In this document: positions 1 to 13,839 of the stretch, piece after piece
How the letters are laid out: each line of letters opens with the position of its first letter
Numbering within the stretch: the stretch's first letter is position 1
Source of the DNA: Laetmonice hystrix
Lineage: Eukaryota
NCBI GenBank assembly: GCA_965235115.1
Contig: OZ249436.1
Span: 868,001-932,000, forward strand
DNA: 64,000 nucleotides
Direction: 5' to 3'
Program-made: the position numbers and the translations under genes
Notes under the pieces: model-generated
What the model was told of the DNA's origin: nothing
Seen by the model: only the letters and a program-made list of their open reading frames with translations
Database searches by the model: none

Positions 1-2742
1 TACGGTGTAGATCAGAGAACGCTGTGACACCTGGAGTATAGATAGTACGGTGTAGATCAGAGAACGCTGTGACACCTGAAGTATAGATAGTACGGTGTAG
101 ATCAGAGAACGCTGTGACACCTGAAGTATAGATAGTACGGTGTAGATCAGAGAACGCTGTGACACCTGAAGTATAGATAGTACGGTGTAGATCAGAGAAC
201 GCTGTGACACCTGAAGTATAGATAGTACGGTGTAGATCAGAGAACGCTGTGACACCTGAAGTATAGATAGTACGGTGTAGATCAGAGAACGCTGTGATAC
301 CTGAAGTATAGATAGTACCGTGTAGATCAGAGAACGCTGTGACACCTGAAGTATAGATAGTACGGTGTAGATCAGAGAACGCTGTGACACCTGAAGTGTA
401 GATCAGAGAACGCTGTGACACCTGAAGTGTAGATCAGAGAACGCTGTGACACCTGAAGTATAGATAGTACGGTGTAGATCAGAGAACGCTGTGACACCTG
501 AAGTATAGATAGTACGGTGTAGATCAGAGAACGCTGTGACACCTGAAGTATAGATAGTACGGTGTAGATCAGAGAACGCTGTGACACCTGAAGTATAGAT
601 AGTACGGTGTAGATCAGAGAACGCTGTGACACCTGAAGTATAGATAGTACGGTGTAGATCAGAGAACGCTGTGACACCTGAAGTATAGATAGTACGGTGT
701 AGATCAGACGCTGTGACACCTGAAGTATAGATAGTACGGTGTAGATCAGAGAACGCTGTGACACCTGAAGTATAGATAGTACGGTGTAGATCAGAGAACG
801 CTGTGACACCTGAAGTATAGATAGTACGGTGTAGATCAGACGCTGTGACACCTGAAGTATAGATAGTACGGTGTAGATCAGAGAACGCTGTGACACCTGA
901 AGTATAGATAGTAAGGTGTAGATCAGAGAACGCTGTGACACCTGAAGTATAGATAGTACGGTGTAGATCAGAGAACGCTGTGACACATGAAGTATAGATA
1001 GTACGGTGTAGACAAGAGAACGCTGTGACACCTGAAGTATAGATAGTACGGTGTAGATCAGAGAACGCTGTGACACCTGAAGTATAGATAGTACGGTGTA
1101 GATCAGAGAACGCTGTGATACCTGAAGTATAGATAGTACGGTGTAGATCAGAGAACGCTGTGACACCTGAAGTATAGATAGTACGGTGTAGATCAGAGAA
1201 CGCTGTGACACCTGAAGTATAGATAGTACGGTGTAGATCAGAGAACGCTGTGACACCTGAAGTATAGATAGTACGGTGTAGATCAGAGAACGCTGTGACA
1301 CCTGAAGTATAGATAGTACGGTGTAGATCAGAGAACGCTGTGACACCTGAAGTATAGATAGTACGGTGTAGATCAGAGAACGCTGTGACACCTGAAGTAT
1401 AGATAGTACGGTGTAGATCAGAGAACGCTGTGACACCTGAAGTGTAGATCAGAGAACGCTGTGACACCTGAAGTGTAGATCAGAGAACGCTGTGACACCT
1501 GAAGTATAGATAGTACGGTGTAGATCAGAGAACGCTGTGACACCTGAAGTATAGATAGTACGGTGTAGATCAGAGAACGCTGTGACACCTGAAGTATAGA
1601 TAGTACGGTGTAGATCAGAGAACGCTGTGACACCTGAAGTATAGATAGTACGGTGTAGATCAGACGCTGTGACACCTGAAGTATAGATAGTACGGTGTAG
1701 ATCAGAGAACGCTGTGACACCTGAAGTATAGATAGTACGGTGTAGATCAGAGAACGCTGTGACACCTGAAGTATAGATAGTACGGTGTAGATCAGACGCT
1801 GTGACACCTGAAGTATAGATAGTACGGTGTAGATCAGAGAACGCTGTGACACCTGAAGTGTAGATCAGAGAACGCTGTGACACCTGAAGTGTAGATCAGA
1901 GAACGCTGTGACACCTGAAGTATAGATAGTACGGTGTAGATCAGAGAACGCTGTGACACCTGAAGTATAGATAGTACGGTGTAGATCAGAGAACGCTGTG
2001 ATACCTGAAGTATAGATAATACGGTGTAGATCAGAGAACGCTGTGACACCTGAAGTATAGATAGTACGGTGTAGATCAGAGAACGCTGTGACACCTGAAG
2101 TATAGATAGTACGGTGTAGATCAGAGAACGCTGTGACACCTGAAGTATAGATAGTACGGTGTAGATCAGAGAACGCTGTGACACCTGAAGTATAGATAGT
2201 ACGGTGTAGATCAGAGAACGCTGTGATACCTGAAGTATAGATAGTACGGTGTAGATCAGAGAACGCTGTGACACCTGAAGTATAGATAGTACGGTGTAGA
2301 TCAGAGAACGCTGTGACACCTGAAGTATAGAGAGTACGGTGTAGATCAGAGAACGCTGTGACACCTGAAGTATAGATAGTACGGTGTAGATCAGAGAACG
2401 CTGTGACACCTGAAGTATAGATAGTACGGTGTAGATCAGAGAACGCTGTGACACCTGAAGTATAGATAGTACGGTGTAGATCAGAGAACGCTGTGACACC
2501 TGAAGTATAGATAGTACGGTGTAGATCAGAGAACGCTGTGACACCTGAAGTATAGATAGTACGGTGTAGATCAGACGCTGTGACACCTGAAGTATAGATA
2601 GTACGGTGTAGATCAGAGAACGCTGTGACACCTGAAGTATAGATAGTACGGTGTAGATCAGAGAACGCTGTGACACCTGAAGTATAGATAGTACGGTGTA
2701 GATCAGAGAACGCTGTGACACCTGAAGTATAGATAGTACGGT
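1..2742. repeat. Minisatellite, 45-bp unit with 42- and 31-bp variants, about 60 copies, truncated by the window start
   Basis: Unit tacggtgtagatcagagaacgctgtgacacctgaagtatagatag. Confidence 0.97.
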
Positions 2743-3026
2743 CAGAGATACCGATACCGGTACCGAGGTTGGTACGGTGTAGATCTCAGTGTTAACTTGA
2801 CGGTAATCAACTCAATTCTTCACCGTCACATTATGTTTTTATGTTATGGTAAATTGAAAACAACTATAGAAATTTGTTCGGACCAAAGAAACTTGAAGCG
2901 GATGAATCGGTTATGTGCTGATCAATGTGTGATTGGGTTGGTATCAGACTTGAAGCCAATGAATCGGTTGCTGATTGTGCTGATCAATGTGGCATTGGGT
3001 TTCTCTCAGAAACGAAGAGATCGTGT

Positions 3027-3849
3027 GGTTTTGTGTCCTTGCAAACATCTCTAGGGATTGAAGGTAGTTTAGAGTTATAACGACTGTCTGTAATAACTAG
3101 CAGGTCCTGGTTTTGTGTCCTTCCAAACATCTCTAGGGATTGAAGGTAGTTTAGAGTTATAACGACTGTCTGTAATAACTAGCAGGTCCTGGTTTTGTGT
3201 CCTTGCGAACATCTCTAGGGATTGACGGTAGTTTAGAGTTATAACGACTGTCTGTAATAACTAGCAGGTCCTGGTTTTGTGCCCTTCCAAACATCTCTAG
3301 GGATTGAAGGTAGTTTAGAGTTATAACGACTGTCTGTAATAACTAGCAGGTCCTGGTTTTGTGCCCTTCCAAACATCTCTAGGGATTGAAGGTAGTTTAG
3401 AGTTATAACGACTGTCTGTAATAACTAGCAGGTCCTGGTTTTGTGTCCTTCCAAACATCTCTAGGGATTGAAGGTAGTTTAGAGTTATAACGACTGTCTG
3501 TAATAACTAGCAGGTCCTGGTTTTGTATCCTTGCAAACATCTCTCGGGATTGAAGGTAGTTTAGAGTTATAACGACTGCCTGTAATAACTAGCAGGTCCT
3601 GGTTTTGTGTCCTTCCAAACATCTCTAGGGATTGAAGGTAGTTTAGAGTTATAACGACTGCCTGTAATAACTAGCAGGTCCTGGTTTTGTGTCCTTCCAA
3701 ACATCTCTAGGGATTGAAGGTAGTTTAGAGTTATAACGACTGCCTGTAATAACTAGCAGGTCCTGGTTTTGTGTCCTTCCAAACATCTCTAGGGATTGAA
3801 GGTAGTTTAGAGTTATAACGACTGCCTGTAATAACTAGCAGGTCCTGGT
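3027..3849. repeat. Minisatellite, 82-bp unit, 10 copies
   Basis: Unit ggttttgtgtccttccaaacatctctagggattgaagg...taactagcaggtcct; period 82 (3027, 3109). Confidence 0.97.
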
Positions 3850-4020
3850 GCCCATCACCAAGGACCTATTCCTGCTATTTATTGACAGTAAAAGAACCGT
3901 GAAACAAAAAGCGGTAGAACTTTCCAGAGTACATTATGATCGTAGGAATATTTTAATATCCATAACCCCATAGCTGAGCAGGCAGGCAAACAGACTAATT
4001 TCGTTTTTTTGTTATTGCAG

Positions 4021-4266
4021 TTGGACCTTGGCTGGGTGTGGGGTAACGATGCGAGTTTGTGTCGGCCCGAGCGGACACGTGCCCGGAGAATGCCTGCCGT
4101 GCCTCCGGCCACCACGGCCTCGTCTTCCACCACTGACATGGACACGGGCGACTCGGGTGTGGGCACGGCCGAGGGTGACCTCGTGTTTGCTGCTCCCTAT
4201 CCGTCCTGTCTGCCCACAACGTCTGAGCTGGAGACCGCCACCCAAACCACCTCCATGCTCACTGGG
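4021..4266 (+). CDS. Candidate upstream exon of the rhomboid gene. It is either fully coding or 5'UTR plus ATG at 4090, and encodes a Ser/Thr-rich N-terminal tail (MPAVPPATTASSSTTDMDTGDSGVG...SMLTG).
   Basis: Branch point, pyrimidine tract and CAG (gactaatttcgtttttttgttattgcag) end at 4020, and the donor GGG|GTAAGT starts at 4267. The exon is 246 nt, GC/CpG-rich and stop-free, and ends in phase 0, matching the 22159 micro-exon. I recognise no homology, so linkage to the gene is inferred. Confidence 0.55.
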
Positions 4267-4604
4267 GTAAGTATTCACCTTGCCGCGCCTTTCTGTAACA
4301 ATGAGGAGCCGTGCAGTCTACAATGGATGAATGAACCGGCTAGAGATATAATCAACTAATGGAAAGATCCCAAAGTTGTGTGCTTGTCGCATCAGTGATG
4401 ACTTTTATCTGTCATAGGCTAATAGCACGACGGGGCCGTGTGGGTAGCTGTCTGTATTGAGGTAAATGATGATTTTTGTGACCCTGTGCCAAGAGGTAGC
4501 TATATGGTTCTTGTCTCTGATAAGGGGTTCTAACATATACCATTTAATTTCCTCTCCTGCAGTGTTCATATTGTGCCTGCGGTTTCTATAACATAGAGGT
4601 TATA

Positions 4605-5222
4605 TCAGTGGTCGATCTACAGTAACCTCATTGCAAACAATGACCAGGAATATTATGCTCATTGCTACAATGACCAGGAATATTATGCTCATTGCTACAA
4701 TGGCTAGGAATATTATGCTCATTGCTACAATGACCAGGAATATTATGCTCATTGCTGCAATGACCAGGAATATTATGCTCATTGCTTCAATGACCAGGAA
4801 TATTATGCTCATTGCTACAATGACCAGGAATATTATGCTCATTGCTACAATGACCAGGGATATTATGCTCATTGCTACAATGACCAGGAATATTATGCTC
4901 ATTGCTACAATGACTAGGAATATTATGCCCATTGCTACAATGACCAGGAATATTATGCTCATTGCTACAATGACCAGGATTATTATGCTCATTGCTACAA
5001 TGACCAGGAATATTATGCTCATTGCTACAATGACCAGGAATATTATGCTCATTGCTACAATGACCAGGAATATTATGCTCATTGCTACAATGACCAGGAA
5101 TATTATGCTCATTGCTACAATGACCATCATATTCATGTCATGTCAGTGGTCGATCTACAGTAACCTCATCGCTACAATGACTAGGAATATTATGCTCATA
5201 GCAACAATGACCATCATATTCA
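4605..5222. repeat. Minisatellite, 30-bp unit, about 16 copies, plus a second short block that repeats the 5' flank
   Basis: Unit caatgaccaggaatattatgctcattgcta; the flank tcagtggtcgatctacagtaacctcat occurs at about 4605 and 5144. Confidence 0.95.
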
Positions 5223-6142
5223 TGTTTCATAATTCCCGTAATTTGCTGTAGACGATAAATCATATCCAGCTGATGATAAAAAGTACCAGAATCTTGTCAC
5301 TAATCCTCCGGATAAAGACGGATACACACGGTACCCTAGTCCTCCTTTTTTACATCATTTTCAAAGACCATTATATTTCCAAGTGGTACTTTTCCAGGCC
5401 TGTTGATTAGGATTTTTCTCCCCTGTGTATTACTTACAAAGGAGACTTTTCTTTCAATGGAGAAGAATCATGTGTGAAAGATGAAAAACGTTGCTGGCTC
5501 CGACGTGGGAGTACTGCTGCAGTCGCCAGACAACCCCACTTTACCAGCCCTATCTGCCTGAATGGCTTTCCATAAACAACATAACAATAAGAATACCGTA
5601 CTGTAAAAAGACCTAACAACTTTCCCCCAGAGGTAGGAAGTGTAGCGTTGTGGCTTCCATTAGTTGTAGTTATGATTAATTTAAGAGTACACCCCAGCAT
5701 GATGGAGACATATGTATATCTGGGATTTACGTTATCAGAAAAAGTGTTTGGAGCGGCGGTCCCAAGATAGCGATAACTGGGGCAGTCTAGGGATGATAAA
5801 TCACACTGAGTCAGAGAGTTACGACCAGCTGCCGCCAGGGGAACTGTTAAAGGCCTTATACCTTTAATAACACTAGAATGGCGGTAAATCTGCCAGTATT
5901 TATCTATACAGGATTCCGGGTCTATGTAAATGGGAGAAACCTTAATCCTGGTGTAATGTCACATTATGTAGAACATTTCATCTCTCTACATGTATATCAA
6001 TTAGGATATGGGGAAGCATTTAGAATGGTGGGTCGACAGTTCTAACAGCACCCAACCATGGTCTCGTCGAGAAGAAACCCCTCACTATACACCGGCCCCC
6101 TTCACAACCACTCCACTCTATACCATGTGCCTTGACGATCGC

Positions 6143-7050
6143 CTCAACCCAGCCCTGAATCAGTAGATCTCCGCATCCACTTCAAGTCTCAACCCAGCCC
6201 TGAATCAGTAGACACCGTCTCCGCATCCACTTCAAGTCTCAACCCAGCCCTGAATCAGTAGACACCGTCTCCGCATCCACTTCAAGTCTCAACCCAGCCC
6301 TGAATCAGTAGATACCGTCTCCGCATCCACTTCAAGTCTCAACCCAGCCCTGAATCAGTAGACACCGTCTCCGCATCCACTTCAAGTCTCAACCCAGCCC
6401 TGAATCAGTAGATCTCCGCATCCACTTCAAGTCTCAACCCAGCCCTGAATCAGTAGATCTCCGCATCCACTTCAAGTCTCAACCCAGCCCTGAATCAGTA
6501 GACACCGTCTCCGCATCCATTTCAAGTCTCAACCCAGCCCTGAATCAGTAGACACCGTCTCCGCATCCACTTCAAGTCTCAACCCAGCCCTGAATCAGTA
6601 GATCTCCGCATCCACTTCAAGTCTCAACCCAGCCCTGAATCAGTAGACACCGTCTCCGCATCCACTTCAAGTCTCAACCCAGCCCTGAATCAGTAGATCT
6701 CCGCATCCACTTCAAGTCTCAACCCAGCCCTGAATCAGTAGATCTCCGCATCCACTTCAAGTCTCAACCCAGCCCTGGATCAGTAGATCTCCGCATCCAC
6801 TTCAAGTCTCAACCCAGCCCTGAATCAGTAGACACCGTCTCCGCATCCACTTCAAGTCTCAACCCAGCCCTGAATCAGTAGATCTCCGCATCCACTTCAA
6901 GTCTCAACCCAGCCCTGGATCAGTAGACACCGTCTCCGCATCCACTTCAAGTCTCAACCCAGCCCTGAATCAGTAGACACCGTCTCCGCATCCACTTCAA
7001 GTCTCAACCCAGCCCTGAATCAGTAGACACCGTCTCCGCATCCACTTCAA
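6143..7050. repeat. Minisatellite, 45/50-bp units, about 19 copies
   Basis: Unit ctcaacccagccctgaatcagtaga(caccg)tctccgcatccacttcaagt. Confidence 0.96.
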
Positions 7051-7420
7051 TATCCACTTCTAATTATCCTAATCTCTAATTAGCATGATTTCAGTTGACT
7101 GACTGTCTGAGCCCAGTAATGGAATCAGCCATTCTTATCACAGAAATTACTTTTATATTGAAGAATTAAAAGACATGATGGGGAGAATCTGGGTGAGACG
7201 ATTTATCCTGGGAGAACAGGAACTTCAGACTGTTGTCTCCCGTCCGTCCGTCCGTCCGTCGGTACGTCTGCACGTCACTGATTGTGTGCGTGCATGGTTG
7301 GGGAGGAGGGGGGGGGGGCTCACGTGTGTGTGCACATTAAGTCCATGTAACTGCAAGAGAAATCGATGATACCTCCCAGTCACGTGATTATCCCGGATAC
7401 TTCTAGGAAAATATTATTGC

Positions 7421-10149
7421 GCCCCAGCGTACTGCAGAATTCAGACTGTATAATCTAAGTTACCATTGACAGCTGTTGGGATAGAAGATTGAGCCCCAGC
7501 GTACTGCAGAATTCAGACTGTATAATCTAAGTTACCATTGACAGCTGTTGGGATAGAAGATTGAGCCCCAGCGTACTGCACAATTCAGACTGTATAATCT
7601 AAGTTACCATTGACAGCTGTTGGGATAGAAGGTTGAGCCCTAGCGTACTGCAGAATTCAGACTGTATAATCTAAGTTACCATTGGCAGCTGCTGGGATAG
7701 AAGATTGAGCCCTAGCGTACTGCAGAATTCAGACTGTATAATCTAAGTTACCATTGACAGCTGTTGGGATAGAAGATTGAGCCCCAGCGTACTGCAGAAT
7801 TCAGACTGTATAATCTAAGTTACCATTGACAGCTGTTGGGATAGAAGATTGAGCCCCAGCGTACTGCAGAATTCAGACTGTATAATCTAAGTTACCATTG
7901 ACAGCTGTTGGGATAGAAGATTGAACCCCAGCGTACTGCAGAATTCAGACTGTATAATCTAAGTTACCATTGACAGCTGTTGGGATAGAAGATTGAGCCC
8001 CAGCGTACTGCACAATTCAGACTGTATAATCTAAGTTACCATTGACAGCTGTTGGGATAGAAGGTTGAGCCCTAGCGTACTGCAGAATTCAGACTGTATA
8101 ATCTAAGTTACCATTGGCAGCTGCTGGGATAGAAGATTGAGCCCTAGCGTACTGCAGAATTCAGACTGTATAATCTAAGTTACCATTGACAGCTGTTGGG
8201 ATAGAAGATTGAGCCCCAGCGTACTGCAGAATTCAGACTGTATAATCTAAGTTACCATTGACAGCTGTTGGGATAGAAGATTGAGCCCCAGCGTACTGCA
8301 GAATTCAGACTGTATAATCTAAGTTACCATTGACAGCTGTTGGGATAGAAGATTGAGCCCCAGCGTACTGCAGAATTCAGACTGTATTATCTAAGTTACC
8401 ATTGACAGCTGCTGGGATAGAAGATTGAGCCCCAGCGTACTGCAGAATTCAGACTGTATAATCTAAGTTACCATTGACAGCTGCTGGGATAGAAGATTGA
8501 GCCCCAGCGTACTGCAGAATTCAGACTGTATAATCTAAGTTACCATTGACAGCTGTTGGGATAGAAGATTGAGCCCCAGCGTACTGCAGAATTCAGACTG
8601 TATAATCTAAGTTACCATTGACAGCTGTTGGGATAGAAGGTTGAGCCCCAGCGTACTGCAGAATTCAGACTGTATAATCTAAGTTACCATTGACAGCTGC
8701 TGAGATAGAAGATTGAGCCCCAGCGTACTGCAGAATTCAGACTGTATAATCTAAGTTACCATTGACAGCTGTTGGGATAGAAGATTGAGCCCCAGCGTAC
8801 TGCAGAAGTCAGACTGTATAATCTAAGTTACCATTGACAGCTGTTGGGATAGAAGATTGAGCCCCAGCGTACTGCAGAATTCAGACTGTATAATCTAAGT
8901 TACCATTGACAGCTGCTGAGATAGAAGATTGAGCCCCAGCGTACTGCAGAATTCAGACTGTATAATCTAAGTTACCATTGACAGCTGCTGGGATAGAAGA
9001 TTGAGCCCCAGCGTACTGCAGAATTCAGACTGTATAAAAGTTACCATTGACAGCTGCTGAGATAGAAGATTGAGCCCCAGCGTACTGCAGAATTCAGACT
9101 GTATAATCTAAGTTACCATTGGCAGCTGTTGGGATAGAAGATTGAACCCCAGCGTACTGCAGAATTCAGACTGTATAATCTAAGTTACCATTGACAGCTG
9201 CTGAGATAGAAGATTGAGCCCCAGCGTACTGCAGAATTCAGACTGTATGATCTAAGTTACCATTGACAGCTGCTGATATAGAAGATTGAGCCCCAGCGTA
9301 CTGCAGAATTCAGACTGTATTATCTAAGTTACCATTGACAGCTGCTGGGATAGAAGATTGAGCCCCAGCGTACTGCAGAATTCAGACTGTATAATCTAAG
9401 TTACCATTGACAGCTGCTGGGATAGAAGATTGAGCCCCAGCGTACTGCAGAATTCAGACTGTATAATCTAAGTTACCATTGACAGCTGCTGGGATAGAAG
9501 ATTGAGCCCCAGCGTACTGCAGAATTCAGACTGTATAATCTAAGTTACCATTGACAACTGCTGAGATAGAAGATTGAGCCCCAGCGTACTGCAGAATTCA
9601 GACTGTATAATCTAAGTTACCATTGACAGCTGTTGTGATAGAAGATTGAGCCCCAGCGTACTGCAGAATTCTGACTGTATAATCTAAGTTACCATTGACA
9701 GCTGTTGTGATAGAAGATTGAGCCCCAGCGTACTGCAGAATTCAGACTGTATAATCTAAGTTACCATTGACAGCTGTTGGGATAGAAGATTGAGCCCAGC
9801 GTACTGCAGAAGTCAGACTGTATAATCTAAGTTACCATTGACAGCTGTTGGGATAGAAGATTGAACCCCAGCGTACTGCAGAATTCAGACTGTATAATCT
9901 AAGTTACCATTGACAGCTGCTGGGATAGAAGATTGAGCCCCAGCGTACTGCAGAATTCAGACTCTATAATCTAAGTTACCATTGACAGCTGTTGGGATAG
10001 AAGATTGAGCCCCAGCCTACTGCAGAATTCAGACTGTATAATCTAAGTTACCATTGACAGCTGCTGGGATAGAAGATTGAGCCCCAGCGTACTGCAGAAT
10101 TCAGACTGTATAATCTAAGTTACCATTGGCAGCTGCTGAGATAGAAGAT
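7421..10149. repeat. Minisatellite, 72-bp unit, about 38 copies
   Basis: Unit gccccagcgtactgcagaattcagactgtataatctaagttaccattgacagctgttgggatagaagattga. Confidence 0.97.
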
Positions 10150-10628
10150 CGTTTTGTGTCAGTTCAAAGCTGCAGAGTTATGGAATAAACCTTTGCAGTT
10201 TTTGAGAAAGCGACATCATGTAATTGTTTGTGTGTCGTGTCTGAGAGTTGGGAGATGCTGCAGCAATGTTAGCTTGTTCCTTGTCGATACAGTCCTCATA
10301 ATCTTATCCCCACATCCAAACTCACAGATATTTCTGGATTCTCCGATTCTTGCCAGTTAATCCCACAGAATATTCCCGCCTTCTTGATTGATTGGAGGAG
10401 ATTTCTAACCGACATTGTCTACAAGAATAGAAAACAATAGTTTGATCCCTAGAACCCAACTACATCATTGCCCGCTCTGCCTGACGTTGTCCTGTAAGCA
10501 GTGGCCTACTTTTTCTGGTCCTCACAGCGCCGACATAATCTCGTGCCAGTACATCAGTTATTATGGATCCACCTTTGTCGGGAATCCTTCAAGCGTGAGA
10601 ACCATTCTAAGGAGGCTGCAAGCAGTAA

Positions 10629-11202
10629 AGCTTGCCGTGGGGGTGGGTGAGGAGGGGGTCGGGGAAGCTTGCCGTGGGGGTGGGTGAGGAGGGGGTCGGG
10701 GGAGCTTGCCGTGGGTGAGGAGGGGGTCGGGGGAGCTTGCCGTGGGTGAGGAGGGGGTCGGGGGAGCTTGCCGTGGGGGTGGGTGAGGAGGGGGTCGGGG
10801 GAGCTTGCCGTGGGTGAGGAGGGGGTCGGGGGAGCTTGCCGTGGGTGAGGAGGGGGTCGGGGGAGCTTGCCGTGGGGGTGGGTGAGGAGGGGGTCGGGGG
10901 AGCTTGCCGTGGGTGAGGAGGGGGTCGGGGGAGCTTGCCGTGGGTGAGGAGGGGGTCGGGGGAGCTTGCCGTGGGGGTGGGTGAGGAGGGGGTCGGGGAG
11001 CTTGCCGTGGGTGAGGAGGGGGTCGGGGGAGCTTGCCGTGGGTGAGGAGGGGGTCGGGGGAGCTTGCCGTGGGTGAGGAGGGGGTCGGGGGAGCTTGCCG
11101 TGGGGGTGGGTGAGGAGGGGGTCGGGGGAGCTTGCCGTGGGGGTGGGTGAGGAGGGGGTCGGGGGAGCTTGCCGTGGGGGTGAGTGAGGAGGGGGTCGGG
11201 GG
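10629..11202. repeat. G-rich minisatellite, 31/37-bp units
   Basis: Unit agcttgccgt(gggggt)gggtgaggagggggtcggggg. Confidence 0.95.
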
Positions 11203-11464
11203 AAAGACGTGCCATACGACTGCACAGCCTGCTTCAGTGCGGCCATCACAAGAATGAGATATTCAATTCAGCTTCATTACCCGGTTGGCGGCCACCGTGC
11301 CTTTTGGTTCGCGCCGTTATGTACAGAGGGCGCTGAAGCTGAAGACAGACGTGACAGTGTTGGGGTAATCTTTGCCTGCCAGCCGGGTATAGACCAAACA
11401 CATCCAGAGAACGAATGGTATCCACACTCGTTAAACCACATTACACCACAGCAGGGTGAGCCAA

Positions 11465-12229
11465 TTAATCTAACCAAGGGTAAAGTGGTTGATGGAAGTC
11501 GTTATTTAATGTTTCAATATGACGTTCGTAATCCGCATTAACACACAGATTAATCTAACCAAGGGTAAAGTGGTTGATGGAAGTCGTTATTTAATGTTTC
11601 AATATGACGTTCGTAATCCGCATTAACACACAGATTAATCTAACCAAGGGTAAAGTGGTTGATGGAAGCCGTTATTTAATGTTTCTATGTGACGTTCGTA
11701 ATCCGCATTAACACACAGATTAATCTAACCAAGGGTAAAGTGGTTGATGGAAGTCGTTATTTAATGTTTCTATATGACGTTCGTAATCCGCATTAACACA
11801 CAGATTAATCTAACCAAGGGTAAAGTGGTTGATGGAAGTCGTTATTTAATGTTTCTATATGACGTTCGTAATCCGCATTAACACACAGATTAATCTAACC
11901 AAGGGTAAAGTGGTTGATGAAAGTCGTTATTTAATGTTTCTATATGACGTTCGTAATCCGCATTAACACACAGATTAATCTAACCAAGGGTAAAGTGGTT
12001 GATGAAAGCCGTTATTTAATGTTTCTATATGACGTTCGTAATCCGCATTAACACACAGATTAATCTAACCAAGGGTAAAGTGGTTGATGAAAGTCGTTAT
12101 TTAATGTTTCTATATGACGTTCGTAATCCGCATTAACACACAGATTAATCTAACCAAGGGTAAAGTGGTTGATGAAAGTCGTTATTTAATGTTTCTATAT
12201 GACGTTCGTAATCCGCATTAACACACAGA
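11465..12229. repeat. Minisatellite, 85-bp unit, 9 copies
   Basis: Unit ttaatctaaccaagggtaaagtggttgatgg...cgtaatccgcattaacacacaga; period 85. Confidence 0.96.
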
Positions 12230-13139
12230 CGTCGATACAATACTTAATACGTCTTTTTATGATGCGAAGGGAAAGCGTGGCTATCACATTCACACATACG
12301 GAATGTTTATCATTGGGATATATTATTTCATGTACAAATGTGGATGCGATTGGTAACCAACAATAAAGGTCTAGTAATGCAATACATTAGCGCACACGCT
12401 TGCGTCGCTATAAAGGTGATGTTATGCCTCGGTCAAAGTTACAATCTCAAAGTGCAGTCTCATTGGCCGGATCCAAATATTGCAATATCGTTTCGAGTTA
12501 CAGCAGTTTACTAAAGTGAATATGGCATCACTGCGCGGCGGTGGTATACAATCAATGCCCTCGGCTACGCCTCCGGTATGTTATCACGGCATAGCTCCAT
12601 ATCAGTATCGTCTTGGATTATGCATATTATAATATGCGCATTCTATCTGCCAGTGCCATTTAGGGGGAGGGGTGTGTGTGCCATACGGTGGTCCGTATGG
12701 CACGCGGGTTCCATACGGACTGATTTCATTGTACACGTTTCAGGGTGACGCGACGTTAACTATGGGGCCATATGGAGGCACAGGAACATATATTGTAAAT
12801 TACAGATGTGTACCGTAACCGGCGTAAGTTGGGAATTAAAAGCTTAGTTTTTCTGAACTCGGGTGCTTCAAAACGTACGGAGTCCTGTTGGGGACATGAA
12901 GACAAACAAATTTGTGGTGATCTCGAAATTACCACTTGCGTCATTAACTCGTTATTGCGACTTAATGACGTCACTAAGTCGTTATTACGAGTTAATCGTG
13001 TTCCTTTTTAGAGAAAAACAAATTGTGGTGATATCGAACATCAGATGAAATTTGTTCCCTTTGGTCTGAAATATGCAACACGTTAGAGTTGTGTCATATA
13101 GTCCTCGGCGACGCCTCGGGCATATTACCACGGCATAAC

Positions 13140-13390
13140 GCTGTCTGTCTCACGCCATCCTGCAATATCCACCCAGTAATGTGACTGACTTAATTAAAGA
13201 GAGTCTAGTGAGAGGATCAGTCGCAAACTGTATGTGTCATACCTAAAGACGAACATCGACATTTCACACAGCTGACTGTCAGCATAAACCTCTTGATAAA
13301 GTGGCGTTGGGATCATGTTAAAGCTATCGTTAACCTTCATCATGCTTTCAGCGAGGTGCTTGCTGACCTTCAGGTCATTCGTTATACTTA
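13140..13390 (-). mobile_element. Possible highly degenerate LINE (CR1/L2-like) reverse-transcriptase C-terminal fragment
   Basis: The minus strand reads ITNDLKVSKH...KVNDSFNMI and, after a frame change, TRLSLIKSV...YCRMA*D. These resemble the recalled motifs GVTIxxDLKWSKH..KANR and LYKSLVRPxLEYCxxVWxP. The spacing between them is atypical. Confidence 0.35.
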
Positions 13391-13484
13391 TAACCCTTCC
13401 ATAGCAGGGCCATCTATAGCAGGGCCATCCATAGCAGGGTCTTCCATAGCAGGGTTTTTCTCGGCTTAGTAAATATGTTTCATT

Positions 13485-13648
13485 GATAATTTGATTGCTA
13501 TATGATTGAAAGATTCCTATAGGATTGATTTGATTGCTATAGGATTGATTTGATTGCTATAGGATTGATTTGATTGCTATAAGATTGATTTGATTGCTAT
13601 AGGATTGATTTGATTCCTCTAGGATGGATTTGATTGCTATAGGATTGA
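13485..13648. repeat. Short minisatellite, about 20-bp unit
   Basis: (gattgatttgattgctatag)n. Confidence 0.85.
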
Positions 13649-13839
13649 AAGCTACCCGTTGTGACGTCCAAGTAAAGTTCTTTATCTTGATATTCTTTCA
13701 GTCCTTCCACAATAGGATTCAACACTAATATAAAAATAGTCAGTAAATCTGCTTCGCAATCCTAGCGGGTCCCATACAAACACTCGGCCGGTAATCCCCT
13801 GATGTAATCCCCATACATCAACACAGCTTTGGCTCAGGC

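Noticed and set aside
372-2721. Long minus-strand ORFs (SQRSLIYTVLSILQV repeats)
   Set aside because: They are translations of a 45-bp satellite whose unit is a multiple of 3 and lacks stops. Two frames are open at once, and there are no splice signals or unique termini.
4267-4359. 3' extension of ORF 4009-4359
   Set aside because: It lies beyond a consensus GTAAGT donor, so it is intron read-through.
4600-5251. Hydrophobic and Met-rich repeat ORFs on both strands
   Set aside because: They are artefacts of a 30-bp minisatellite.
10554-11249. Proline-rich extensin-like ORFs
   Set aside because: They are the C-rich strand of a G-rich minisatellite.
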